64,000 nt of DNA, taken from the NCBI RefSeq assembly GCF_009834535.1, contig NC_045697.1:73844001-73908000 (forward strand), given 5' to 3'. The notes under the pieces are model-generated. The model was not told where the DNA came from, made no database searches, and worked only from the letters and a program-made list of their open reading frames with translations. Below, one piece after another: positions 1 through 13,390 of the stretch. The stretch's first letter is position 1; the number at the start of each line of letters is the position of its first letter. The position numbers and the translations under genes were made by a program. Origin of the DNA: Camelus ferus. Its lineage: Eukaryota.

Positions 1-2129
1 AAAGATATAACTTATTTAGTGGTTATCGGCTATCAATTGTACTTTTCTAATATGTTGAATTAAGATATGGTGAAAAGAGATTATAAGCTAAAAGAATTGT
101 TTTCATTTGTTTATTTGTATGCTTTTCATTGTTTTGGCCTGAAGATGATGTATTTATCTTAATTACCCTAGACCCCAAATAGTGAGAGTTTGTGTGAAAT
201 TACTTTCCCACTAAGGGCAGTGCCATATCTGAATGCTTCTGAGCTTTCACAGGGTTGATCTTATCCTTTATTAGAACATTAATATTTTCTCCTCTTCTTA
301 TATACCTTTATTGGACAGTAAATCATGTATGCTTACAAGCTGAAAGTGCTCAGAATTTGATAAAGGTTATAAATTAATGCAGTTCTGCCAAGAAAGGGCT
401 TAAATCTAACTTTGTTTGACTAGACTTTTGTTTTACCTGAAGTGGCAAGCATTCAGTAAACATCGATTTATTCAGTAGTCAGATGAGACTGACTCACAGT
501 TGTCTCTATTATATCAAAACGATCGATTAACGTGCAGACATGTATCAAGAAGCAATGTGGAAATTTTAGGTTGTTTTCTCTTTCCAACTATCGTTGAGAG
601 CGTGTATGAGTGAGCATTTGTGTGTGCACCCTCATTCAGTTTTGGACTTTAATATATGAGTTAAATCCTCTTAGGTAGAAATGGTTAAATATTAATTAAA
701 CAAACCATAGTAAAACTGCCTGTGAATATAAAATGAAAAAATACTAATGTGATGCATTTTTCCAAATATCACGAAGGTGCACATGAAGGGTCTTTTATAT
801 AAACTGCTTTCATATGGTTCCTTCAGAAGACTGCTGAAGAATCACATAGGCACTCACACATGAAAACAAACGGCCCGTTTGGTGATGTTAAGATTGGCGC
901 CAGGGTGTTCCCTCTTGCGTAGGAGTTCCGGGTCATCCTGATGCCTTCCCATGTGTCAAGCGCACGTGGCTTCAATGTTTACACACACGAGTCCAGAGTT
1001 CTGAACACTAGTGATGTAACAGAGGGGGAAGGGGCGGTCTGTATCTCACAAACTGTTTAATGACCTGGGTCATGAATACTGATAGAGAATAAGAAGGCAC
1101 TCATTGTAGTAAAACTTGCCTGGAGGGAAAACAGCGGATGCTTAAAGGGGGCTTTTCCCCAACCCCCCACATTGTTTATTTTAAACTATGATTACCACCC
1201 GAAAGGAGCTTTCTACTTTGAACTTAAAATAGTAGCTTTTAACTCGGACAAGTGAGTAAGCGCTTTGGTATCCAACGACTGAAGGTGACGAAGCTCTAAA
1301 AAGTGTCACTCTCTTTCATAACCCAGCTGACTCAGACTCTTTTAGAAGCTATTATGGCAACTTACCCATCTCTAATAAAATGACTACATACCTGCATGGG
1401 AACAGACAAGTTGGGGTTAGAGCCACCATTTTCTCTGGTTTTGAAAAATTGTTTCTCATCTATTATTTCTATTTGTGAAAATATGCCATTCCTACTACAT
1501 ATAGAACTGCTTTTCAAAATCACTGGGTATGTTTGTATGGAACTACTTTAAGAAGCTTTATCTACAATACATGGGGGAATCCCCCTCTTATCTGGTACAA
1601 TCATGATAAAGGGTGAAAAAAGGTAAGTGATAATTTTGGAAAATATATACTAGTAAGGTGGTGGTCTTCATACAACTAAATACCAAGCAACTGTATTTAA
1701 ACATGGAAAAGTGTCTAAAAGGGTGAAAACATGTTATAAATGAGAAGAAGGAGTTTTCAATGAAAAAGTGCTCTATTACAAACTATGAACGTTTAAAAGA
1801 TATTTCAAACTCTTTCCTACTTGTAACAAATTATCCAAAACTTTTTAATCTACCTCTTTGGACTTTTAACAGATTTTTCTGGACTCTGGGTTTTATTTTG
1901 AGTGTGTGTATGTGTGTTTGAGTATGTTTTTATGTTACAGATCTGGCTGTGTGAACTAGAGAAGTTTCCTACTACTTACTACTAAGGTGGAAGATAGTGC
2001 CACCTTGATTCTCACCACCTTTACTTCAATATTTCAATAAATTATTCATCAGATTTGCAAAAATATAGTTCATTTTCAAACAGAATCATAGATTTTTATT
2101 GAACAAATTTTTGAGACTATTTGTTGCAG

Positions 2130-2378
2130 AATAAATGAGAAAAAAAATTGAGGCATGGGAAGGTAGAGACAGTTGCCTCAAATTGAATAGCAGGGTATTT
2201 ACCATTCTAATAATAGCCAATATTGACTAAGTTCTTTCATTGTGTTAAGCCTCATAGTAGGCATTTCCAGAGATTATTTTATTCAATTCTCACATCATCT
2301 CTATTTTTGTTGGTGATACTATCCCCATTTTACTAAGGAAGAAACCAGGATATAGGATTAAATAATTTCCTCATACAG
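2130..2378 (-). mobile_element. MIR SINE fragments
   Basis: Antisense MIR-like core: 'actatccccattttactaaggaagaaacc...ttaaataatttcc' and 'aattgaggcatgggaagg...ttgcctca'. Boundaries approximate. Confidence 0.65.
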
Positions 2379-2689
2379 TGTGAATTATCCTTGACATTTC
2401 CCTATTTCCAAATTTATCACTAAGCCCTATAGAATATTTTACTGTGGCCGTTTGCTCTGCCCCTTTCCATTTCTGCTTCCTTTGCCCTGCCCTTTTTCAC
2501 TCTGTTCATTGTGACTGTAATTTCTTCCTCCTTGATGTTCTCACCTCTGTGAGCTTTCTCTCCTACCCTCTTCTAGATCTTTCTGCTTTTCACCCTATTT
2601 CCCCCACTCCCCACCCCCCAGGATCCATATTGCCTCCTTATTTCTAACGAATCAAAATCAACTCCTAAATAGCTGGGTGTCATCATACA

Positions 2690-2900
2690 ATCTGGTTTTT
2701 CGAGTTAAGATCTAGTTTTGAATCCTGACTTGCCTTCTTATAAGCTATGTATGTTCTTACTCAACACAGTAGCTTTAGCCTCTCTGAATCTGCTACCCCA
2801 TCGGTAAAGTGGGAACAACTAAAAACGCATATCTCACATGTTGCTGGGAGGGTGAGGTGAGTTATCATAAATAAAGCATCCAGCATGTTACTTGGGAAAT
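2690..2900 (+). mobile_element. MIR SINE
   Basis: MIR core motifs: 'ttttgaatcctgact...agctatgt...tttagcctctctgaatctg...cccatcggtaaagtggg...tctcacatgttgctgggaggg'. Confidence 0.75.
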
Positions 2901-4457
2901 TTGTGGTGACTGAATAAATACTCATTCCTCAAGCAAATGTTGAGCATCTGTGTATTAGGCAAGAAGAGAGCTAATTCATGGGAAAGAATTAATACTATGG
3001 TTTTTTAAAAATCATAATGAGATGGAAATTGTTGGCTTACAACCTGGTCAAGTGAGGAATTTTCCAGGATGCTTCCAACCCTCTGCTCAAAGGTGTGATT
3101 CTGCAGTTGCCTGAATGGGCCTTGGCACTGGAGTTGGCAAAGCTTTCTCAACCTTGTGTCCTGACAGAGACTGCACAAGACTAGAAGCAGAGTCTCTGAA
3201 GAGTATCTCTAGGAGAAAGAGATGAGGGATTATTTCCATCCCTTTTAGTCTTTCAATGGGGATACAAATTATGAGCCCATACTGTCATCTGTTCACAATC
3301 ATCTTTTACTGTCTTTGTTAGGTCTACTGAAAGGATACAGACAAGCTTCTCCATAGAAATATAAAATGATAGTATGCTCGACTTAAAAATGACTAAGGAT
3401 TATAGATGCTATTTATTCTTACTCTTGCATATCCCATTTTTAAGAACAAGAACAGATTCTTTGGCATACCTTGCTTAAAGATAGATAATAGCCTTGCTGT
3501 GTTAATCCCAGGAGTTTCCCATGGGAATGAAAATTCCTTACATGGTGGTGTCATAGGATTTGGGGCCTGTGTAAAAGATACTTTGGAGTGTCTTCCAATT
3601 AGTTAACAGTTTAAAATTATACTAGCTATTTATGTGTCATTAGCTGTCTTTCAACAATGTGAAGTTTCCTTGAGAACCAAGCTCACATCTTGTATGTCTG
3701 TTGAATCTTCCCACAATAATTAACATGCAACCAAGTGCATAGCCGATCCTCACATATGTACATACATACATAGTTACGGACAGACTTGTTGCTAAGTGTT
3801 GGCTGGAAATATCCTTGAGTTCCATCCTAAATATGAACTATTATTTCTGGAAAATAAACATTACAAAGGGAGATTTTTGATTGATTGATTAGTTTTCACA
3901 GTGACTTCAAAAATTTAGGCACATGGTAAGAACAAAAAATTTTTAAATGATATAATCAAAGTATGTCTTTGTTATTCCTCCCCACAGTAATACATTTAAT
4001 TCTCAAAATTATCAATTTCAGACCATACTTTCCTGACTCCACACCATGAAAGAAGTAAAAAACAAAAAAATTAGTATTCCTCATTGCCATCTACGTTTCC
4101 TCCCCTGCCTTCTGTCAACATCTGTATTCTATATATTCTCTTCTGCACATATAGCGGTTTCTACTGTGCTGTTTCTTAATGCTAACTGAAAAAAAAAAAA
4201 AAACAGCATTTACAATGTGATTATAATAAATAGAATTCACTATAACACCAAATGGTGTGATTGACTATGTAAAGAAGGAAAAAATGATCCTATAGCACTA
4301 AAACTTGGTTTGTTGCAAGGATATTTTAAGCATCAAGGTAAAATGGATTTCATTTTCTAAAATTCCTTTGATTTCTCAAAATTATGTCATGTTTTAGTTT
4401 CCTTTCACACTTGGACTTTGATTTTTCCTGTGACCTTGTCATTTTTCTCAAATTCTA

Positions 4458-4972
4458 TTTTTTTATTAAAGAATAGTTGATTTTCTGTATATTTCAGGTA
4501 TATAACAGTGATTCAACATTTTTATGGATTATACTCCATTTAAAGTTATTATAAGATAGTGGCTACATTCCCTGTGTTGTACAGGACATCCTTGCATCTT
4601 ATTTTATACATAATAATTTGTACTTCTGAATCACCTATCCCTATCTTGCCCCTCCCTCTATCCCTGTCTCCCCTGGTTACCACTAGTGTGTTATTTAAAT
4701 CTATGAATATGTTTCTGTTATATTCATTTGTTTTATTTTTTAGATTACACACATCAGTGAAAACATACAGTATTAGTCTTTGTCTGGCTGACATATTTCA
4801 CTAAGCATAATACCCTCTAGGTCCATCTACATTGTTGCAAATGGCAAAATTTCATTCCTTTTTGTGGCTGAGTAATATTCCATCCCATCTGTCTGTCTGC
4901 ACCACATCTTTATCCATTCACCTCTTGATGGGGATTTAGGTTGCTTTCATATTTTAGCTATTGTAAATAGTG
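4458..4972 (-). mobile_element. LINE-1 3' end, 5'-truncated (L1MA-like or lineage L1)
   Basis: Poly-T, then antisense L1 3'UTR and ORF2 end: 'tttcactaagcataataccctctaggtccatc...gttgcaaatggcaaaatttcattcctttttgtggctgagtaatattcc'. Confidence 0.9.
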
Positions 4973-4999
4973 TTCCTGTGCTTTGTTGTTGTTGTTCTT

Positions 5000-5900
5000 G
5001 ATAGAAGAAATATGTTTTCATCATATTGCAGTGATTTTTCAAATTTCGTAATTATACCACTTGGTGAATGAAATATATGTTCTTCTTAAGGTCATTCCTT
5101 CTCTGTGCTCTCTGATTATTCTGATAAAGTTCCTTCTCATTATTCTCCTGGTTAGGTCCTTTATTGCTTTAGTCCCATGTTTTTCTCTGTATCTGATTCT
5201 TTTTTTTTTTTTTTTTTCCCTTTTCAGTGATGTATGTCCCCAAGTTATTTTATTTCCAGAAATGGTGCATGGGATGAAAACTAAGTCCTTGCATGTCCAG
5301 GCGCATTAAATTTTTCTCAGAGTTAATTGATTAAATAATGGTATGTAGGATTCCTGGTTCAAAGTAATTTTCCCTCAGAACTTGGGGGACATTGGCACAT
5401 TGCTGTCCTTCATCCAGTGTTGCTTATGAGATATCTGATGTTAATATGATTCATCTTTTTTAGATAACTTTGTTTTAAAGTGCTTATTTTGATCTTTTTA
5501 TCTCCACCAGAAAATTAAAAGCTCAAAGGAATATCTGAGTCCAAATATATCTAGTCATAACTTTTTAAATGCCTCCTTCCCAACATTAAATGATCCTGTA
5601 CAATCTAGGGGAAAAGTGCCTTTATTCAGCTTTAGGAGCTTTTTCTGTTTTACCTCTTATTATTTATTCTGCTTTATTTTTTTTTTCCTGTCTGTCTTTA
5701 TGTAACTTACATTAATTCAACATTAGGCTTCCTCAATTTATTTTTCTTGTTTATTAAATTTCTTCTCATATTTTCCACCTGTTTTCTCTCTATATTTTAT
5801 TTTCTCAACTCTTTTGATTTTTTTTTATGTTAACAATTGAATTTTACCTTCCAAAAAGTCTTATACCTTCTGATTGATTCGTTTTAATGACAGCCTGTAT
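5000..5900 (-). mobile_element. Highly diverged LINE-1 (L1ME-like) fragments
   Basis: T-rich antisense L1-like motifs: 'ggtatgtaggattcctggttcaaagtaattttccctcagaacttg...cattgctgtccttcatccagtgttgcttatgagatatctgatg'. Confidence 0.55.
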
Positions 5901-6544
5901 GTGGCTCAAATTCTATGGAATGAATTAAATTTGCAGAAAAATTAGAGAAACAAAGGAGTTAGATTCTATCCTAACAATCTCTACAAAACAATGCAACCAA
6001 CTTTCAAAAATGTTTGTATACACTGTATAGTATGTAAATAGATAATATATACATGTATTTATAGTTTTACTGGTACTTTATTTCTGCTCCTTTCAAAGAT
6101 AATAGTAGTAGTAGAGTCCATTACAGACTAATTTTCAAAACTTGATGCGTGGCTTTGCTTAGTAAGCCCTTCATATCCCCACCATGCTTCAGCCTTATAA
6201 TCCCCAGGCTTAGTCTGTAATTGTGCTTATTAATCCTAACAGTAGAGATTCATTCATTGCAGATCTAAGGTGTGACTGACTAGCTAATTTCTGGGTCCTT
6301 GAGGACACTTTGCTCATCTTCTATCTTTTACTTACTTTGCTGCTCAGTACCAGGTACTAGAAAATAAGAAAAGGAGGTACAATTTAAATTTCATCGTTTT
6401 GCTCTGCTTAGGGATCTTTAAAAATAAATGCAATATCCATAAAGGTATAATGTTTTTCTGAGACCCCACTTCCCTAACTTCAGGGAATGAAGGGAACATT
6501 AGAAACAACAGGTAAAATATTCAACCCCTCAAAGTTTGTTGACT

Positions 6545-7345
6545 CTAGCTTTGAAACACGTCCATAATTTGACCATTTCCCACCATTCCACCATTTCCAC
6601 ACTCTTGCAAGCCACTGTCATGTTTAACTTTGAGTCCTGCAGTGTCATCCTAATGGGTCACCCTGCTTCTGGTTTGCATTCCCTTCCTCACCTCACTGTG
6701 ATCTTTTACCCAACCAAGAAATTCAAGTGATCATTTAAAAATTAAGCCAGATCATGCGTCCTCTTCTGTTTAAAGCCATCAATGGATCCCCACATACTCA
6801 AGAGTAAAAGCCGAAGTCCTTTCCATGGCCTATGAGGTCTCAGATGATCTGGCCAATGTTTATGTTTCTGATTCCATTTCTTGCCACTCTTTTTTCTACC
6901 TCACTCTCATCTCCATGGCTTTCTTGCTGTCCCAGGAACCAGATGAGCATCCTCTTTCCTCCAGGTATTGCACTTGCTGTTTTCTCTTCCTGGAACAGCC
7001 TTTGTCTAGATATCCACATGTGTTGCTTCTTCCCTTCCTTCTAATCTCTCCTTGAGTGTTAGTTTTACAAGGACAAGTTCCAGAACCATTTAACAGAACT
7101 GCCACACTTTACCTTGTCTCATTTTCTTTCACTAGGATTTTTTTTTTTTTTTTTTTTGGTCACTTGGCAGAGTATTTGTTTCTGCTTTTGAAAATAAATT
7201 GTTCATTGTCTGCTCCCCCCAGGAGATGTGAGTTCCGTGAGAACAAGGGCATTGTTTGGGTCACATGTAGCCTCAGCACCTACAACAGTGGCTGGCACAT
7301 GGCAGGCACTGAATACATATTTGGTGAATGTATGGGTGAATGAAA
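6545..7345 (+). mobile_element. LINE-2 3' portion
   Basis: L2 hallmarks 'agtaaaagccgaagtcctttccatggcctatgagg' and 'cctacaacagtggctggcacatggcaggcactgaatacatatttggtgaatg', ending in a TGAA-like tail. Confidence 0.88.
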
Positions 7346-7654
7346 TGGTGGGAAAAAAAGGCAATGATATAATTTTAACTTCACTATTCTTTGTGTTTTT
7401 TTCCTCCTGATTCCTCCCCATCAGAAGTTGAAGATAAACAAATACATACATTCAGCACACATGGGTGGAATTAGCCTTTCAGATCCACATGGCATAGCTG
7501 AGATAGTCTCCCAGGAATTTCTAGGGCCAAGGAAACATTTGTAGCTAAAATATCATACATATTGGCAACTGTAGTTTTTTTCTGATGTTGTTATAATTGG
7601 ATAGTATTTCAGTTACATTATGTATTTAAAAGGCTACTTCAAAATATAAACATT

Positions 7655-7760
7655 GGAGGTGGGGCTACAGGCTCAGTGATAGAGTATAGGTCCTAGGTTC
7701 AATCCCCAGTGCCTCCATTAAGAAGGAAAAAGCCATAAAAGATTTTAAAAAATAAAGAAA
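7655..7760 (+). mobile_element. Vic-1-type tRNA-derived SINE, degenerate with internal deletion
   Basis: A-box-like 'ggctcagtgatagag', B-box 'ggttcaatcccc', then 'agtgcctccatta' and an A-rich tail. Imperfect flanking repeat 'aaaatataaacatt' / 'aaaatataaaaacact'. Confidence 0.75.
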
Positions 7761-8269
7761 CTTAAAAATATAAAAACACTATTTGAGAAGCTACCTTAAG
7801 TTTTAAACAACTAATTTATAAATAGACTTTTGGACTCAAACCTCCTGAAAGATGAGCAATGCTTATGTTCTTCTTTCTGCTTCCTTTCTCTCAGTTGTGT
7901 GGTTACAACTTCCTTCTAGCTAGCAGAAATGACACTGTTTTCAGTATCTCTTAGCATCTACCATCATGATGAGATAATATCATTTAAAATATTAGTTCTG
8001 AATTCAAGTGTCCTTGACATCTAGTTCATAGTGGAAAATAGTTATAGACAGATGATTCGTCAATGCGAATTTTCCAAAGGTTTTGAAACACCTTCTTTAT
8101 TCATTAAAAAAAAGGGGGTGTGCTTAATGTAAAGCCACAGTGTTTTGAGTGCATTTTTATTTCACTATTGCTTTTATTACTAAAGGTTCAAAATGTAGTA
8201 GAATTTGAGTGTGATTTGTAAGTTTCATGGTGGGAGTTGTATTTCTGTTTTGTTTAAAGTGTTATTGCC

Positions 8270-8325
8270 ATTGTCTAGCACAGTGAGTGGAACATTGTAA
8301 GCCCACAATAGATATTTGTTGAATG
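8270..8325 (+). mobile_element. LINE-2 3' terminal fragment
   Basis: 'tctagcacagtgagtggaacattgtaagcccacaatagatatttgttgaatg'. Confidence 0.6.
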
Positions 8326-11300
8326 TAGACCAACAGTTGTAGAGAATTGTGATTCCAAAGATTTAGTAGCATAAAAAACCCATATGATTAATATTCTACT
8401 TGATGCTAGTGAAATGAAGTACAAACTGATAGAGTAGTTCTTTCTACTCTTCTTCCAAATACAGAGGATTTTCTGTAATCAGAAGAATTGACTTAATTTT
8501 TTTTATTGACATAATAGTATGTAACCACATAGCCAGGTAACAGAAGCCAGTAGTCACTCACAGTGTAACTCACTGAGGTATCTTCTGAAATCTTTAAATT
8601 CTATACAAGTACCACCAAGGTACAACTCTTGAGCTACAACTGTTTCTTGATAAAGGATGCTGGTTCTTGCTGCCAGTGTTGTATTTGACCATTTGGGGTG
8701 ACCTACAGAAATAGAGTGGATTCTTTCTTCTGGACTGCATTATTCATTTTCATATGCATGTCTTTACCTGTTTTGAAAGTCTGTTTTCTTATCTTTTTCC
8801 AAGGCTTATCACCTTCATATGTCCAAAGCATGCACTTCTCAGACAGGCCAAACAGGATCAGTACATATTTGGTATTGCAAAAATGCATGTTGAGTTCAAA
8901 TGAGTTCTTGGGCTTTTCATGTGAGGCTGGGCAGGAAGTTTATTACTATTTTCTCATTTTTAAATAAAGAACTTGGACAAGATAGTATTTTCTGAAATTT
9001 CACAGAACTTCAAATTAGAATTTGAACTTCAAAATATATACACACACATGACTACTGCAGCATATCGCAGATTTTAAGTAAGTATGTTTCATTGCATTTT
9101 ATAAGTGACTTTCTCATTTCCTTTCAAAGAAAAAAATAGTATTATATTCAAACACCTTTATGCTTATGAGAAATATTTCAGAACTGTGAAGGTTGAATTC
9201 AGGGTTCCTTATAGATTGTTTTAAACTTTCTGCAGTATCATAATGTGAAAGAGCAGAGAGAAAAGTTACTTTGGTCTTATTTCCATAAACCAAACTAAAT
9301 ATCCCTTGAGGGAAGAGATGTTGTGAAAAAGAATCTTGCTTCTCAGACCTCTTAAGAATATAGATTTTGTTCTTAAGAAGTTCACTCCTGCATGCCAATA
9401 CAAAGGATAAAAAGTTTGCCCATCTTTAATCCCCAAAGAAAAATGTTCATAAAATTGCTATTGACTGTGTACAGTTTATTAAAGTGATAAGTTCCTAGAT
9501 TAATCTTTTAAGAAAATTTCTATTATTGAAAAGCTTGAGATACCAATGAGTCATTTTAGTAAGTAAAGGAAATAGTCTAGTTTTGAAAATGACAGATTTG
9601 CTACAAGAATGCAAAGTTGGTGAGTAGGAAATTCAAAGAAATTTGCTGATTTATTTTCTCTGCTATGTGAATACAAAAGCCCATTTATTCAGATATTAAT
9701 TACATGGTAAATTAAAACATCTTTGAAAGCAGCCTAATATCCTTAGGGGAGCTCCTCTTAAACTGGAGTATGAACAGGGTCTAATTTAACAGAGATTAGT
9801 ATTGCTTGGGAAAAATCTTGAGACTTATTTAGGACTTCAATTTAACAAAATATTGACTGAGGGTAGATGTATACATGGAAATATAAAACACTGTATCCAT
9901 GCCTGTAAAAATAATGTACATCATTTCTTAATAGTAGGTAGCAATGACTTCAAAAGACCATAGGTCACCCTGTAAACATACACATTGAAAAATTATTGTA
10001 AACATGAGCTAATATGCTAATCCTATTTTCACCCAGAACCTCAATTTGTTCTGTAACTATACTGCATGTACAAATAAAAATTTAAGAGTATCAAAGAGTT
10101 AGAAAAAGGCTAATGTTTGTATACATATAATCTTGGTAAGCCTACACCTTATTTGAGAGGCCTTAAAAGATATTTCACCAGTGTCTTCTTCTAAAAACTT
10201 TATTTGTACATTGTAAAAGTTCTTTTTGAGAAGCAGCTCACTGTGATCACAGAATTTTTAGTCATCAGTATTTCCAAATACATATTTTGAAAAGAAGACT
10301 TGATATATTACTAGAAAGACATCTGGTTAAAAGTTTTTTTAAAAGATCTTAAAACAAAACAAACAAAACCTGAGGTTTTTGATTTCCAGTCCAGCATGTA
10401 AGGAGCTTACCATCCTAACGAGTGTAAAAAGCTGAACAAACTGAAAAATCAACAACTCCTCTTCGCTTCATCAGAGAAGTCAGGTCACAGGGCAAACCAC
10501 TGCTCCCAAAATTGGAGAGACAAGCGCCATATCCAGAGAATCATAAACTTGTTGGGGCAGAATCCTATGTGTAGAAACGTCCACAGGAACCAGTGCTATG
10601 GTGGGAAAAACCTGAACTGTAATTAGCAAATCACTGGAGGTTCAATGTGGATAAAAGTCACGGAGTAGAAAACTCCAGGGGAACCCAGCTGCCGTAGGGA
10701 GGACTGCACACTTTTGCGAGTTTTACCTCCAGGAGCTCTGCCAGCTCCTCACAGTAAATATTAGAGGAAAATCCCCTTGTACTTCTGACAGGGTCAGGGA
10801 AAAAGGAATGATTTTGAACTATGCCAGAGCATTCTGTTCTTCTTGACAAGGCCTGCCCTCGAAGGAAATGGTTTTACTAGAGCCTAAAATACCTGGGTAA
10901 GAGAAATTGCCAACTCCAGATCCCCCTAACCTTCTAAGTGGGAAGAGAGAATTAAACCAGAAATCAACAACAAAAAGGCCATTGAAAGATCCCCAAATAC
11001 TTGGAGATTTAACAACATAATTTGAATAACACACAGGTCAAGGAAGGAATCTCAAGGAAAATACAAAAAATATTTTGAACTAAAAGAAAATGAAAATACA
11101 GCTTACCAAAACATTTTACAATGTGGTGAATACAATGCTTGGAGGGAAGTTTATAGCACTGAATACATATATTATGGAATGAAAAATTTTAAATCAATAA
11201 TCTAACCTCTCATTTTAGGAAACTAGACAATGAAGAGCAAATTAAATCCAAAGTAAGCAGGAGAAAATAAAAATTAGAGGAGAAATCAATGAAATTGAAA

Positions 11301-12344
11301 ACAGAAAATCAACAGAGGAGACAGCACTATAGATCCCATGGACATTAGAAAGATAATAAAAGAATACAGTGAACAACTCTATCCCCACAAATTTGGTAAC
11401 CTAGATGAAAAGGACTAATTTGTTGAAAGGCACAATCTACCAAAGCTCACAGAAGAATTAAATAATTGGAATAGGCCTCTATTCATTAAGTAAATTGAAT
11501 CAATAATTAACTTTCCAAAACAGAAAACACAAGGTTCCTATGGATTCAGTAGTGAATTCTATCAAACATTTAAGAAAGAAGTTTTTATCAGTTTTCTATA
11601 ACCTCTTTCAGAGAATGGAAGCAGAGAGAATAGTTTCTAATTCATTCCATGAGGCCAGCATTATCCTAGTACCAAAACTAGACAAAAACACTACAGAAAT
11701 GAAAACCAGAAAGATGTCTCAAGAATATTGATCCAGAAATCCCCAACAAAAAATGTTAGCAAGTCATATCCTTTGATGTATAAAAGGAATTTTACATCAC
11801 AACCAAGTGGGATTTATGCCAGATATGGAAGGCTAGTTCAACATTCAAAAGTCAATTAATATAATTGATCACATTAATAGGCTAAAGAAGAAAAACACAT
11901 TATTGTATCAATAGATGCAGAAAAGCATTTGACAAAATCCAACATCTATTTATGATAAAAACTTAGCAAACTAGGAATAGAAGGGAACTCACTCAACCTG
12001 ATAGAGAACATCTACAAAAAACCTACATCTAATATCACACTTAATGGTGGGAAATTCTAAGTTCTCACTAAGATCAGGAACAAGGCAAGATGTCACCTTT
12101 CACTACTGCTTTCCAACAACATAGTATTGTAAGTTGTAGGTAATGCAGTAAGACAGGAAAAGGAAATAAAAGGTATCCAGATTGGAAAGGAAAAAGTAAA
12201 ACCATCTTTGTTCCCAAATGATGTGATCTTCTATGTAGAAAATTTGAAATGACCAAACAAAAAAATATCATCTGCAACTAATAAGCAATTGTAGCAAAGT
12301 TGTAGGGTACAAGGTTAATGTACAAAAGTCCATCACCTTCTGAA

Positions 12345-12775
12345 ATAGGTGAGGGAGATTAAGAGGTACAGACTTCAAGCTGCAAAATAAATGAGTCATG
12401 AGTATGAAATGTACAGTGTGGGGAATATAGTCAATAACTATGTAATATCTTTCTATGGTGATATATTGTAACTAGACTTAGTATGGTGGTCAGTGTGAGA
12501 GGTATATAAATATTGAATCACTGTATTGTGGAACGAGCTAACATAGTGTTGTAGGTCAATTATACTTTAAAATCAAGCAAAAAAACTCATAGAAAAAGAT
12601 TTGTGGTTATGAGAGGTGGGGGGAGGGAGATTGAATGAAGGCAGTCAAAGTACAAACATCTAGTTCTAAGTACTAGGGATGTAATGTACAACATGATAAA
12701 CATAATTAACACTGCTATATATTATATATTAAAGTTGTTAAGAGTAAATCCTAAGAGTTCTTATCACAAGAAGAA
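12345..12775 (+). mobile_element. LINE-1 3'UTR fragment (L1MA9-like), nested
   Basis: 'gagattaagaggtacagacttc...gtacagtgtggggaatatagtcaataac...gttaagagtaaatcctaagagttcttatcacaag'. Confidence 0.75.
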
Positions 12776-12777
12776 AT

Positions 12778-13390
12778 TTTTTTTTAATTGAAATATAGTT
12801 AATTTATAATGTCAGTTTCAGGTGTGCAGCAAAGTGATTTAGCTATATCTTTTTTCAGATTATTTCCATTATAGGCTTAGATACTGAAGATTCCTGGGCT
12901 ATACAGTAAATCCTTGTTGCTTATATATTTGACATACAGTAGTTTATATCTGTTAATCCCATACTCCTAATGTATCCCCCTCTCTCCCTTTCCCTTTTGG
13001 TAACCATGAATTTGTTTTCTATATGAGTCCTTTTCTGTTTTGTATATGGATTCATTTCTATTTTTTTTAGATTCTAAATATAAATGATATTATATAGTAT
13101 TTATCTTTCTCTGTCTGATTTACATTACCTAGTATGATATACTCTAGGTCCATCCATGTTGCTGCAATGGCAATATTTTCTTTTTTTTTATAGCTGAATA
13201 ACATTACATTTTGTGTGTGTGTGCGTGTGTGTGTCTACACTGCTGCTGTGAACATTGGAGTGCACGTATCTTTTCAAATTAGAGTTTTATCTTTTCAGGA
13301 TATATTCAGGATCATATGGCAGCTCTATTTTTAGGTTTTTTGTTTGTTTGTTTGTTTTAAGGAACCTCCATACTGCTTTCCAATTGTCAA
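12778..13390 (-). mobile_element. LINE-1 3' end, nested and antisense
   Basis: Poly-T, then 'aattgaaatatagttaatttataatg...tctaggtccatccatgttgctgc'. ORF 13287-13505 contains the ORF2 C-terminal remnant 'LKIELPYDP'. Confidence 0.88.

Noticed and set aside
8804..8871. Possible exon after 'cttatctttttccaag'
   Set aside because: The donor (TTG|gtattg) is weak and no frame gives a recognisable peptide.
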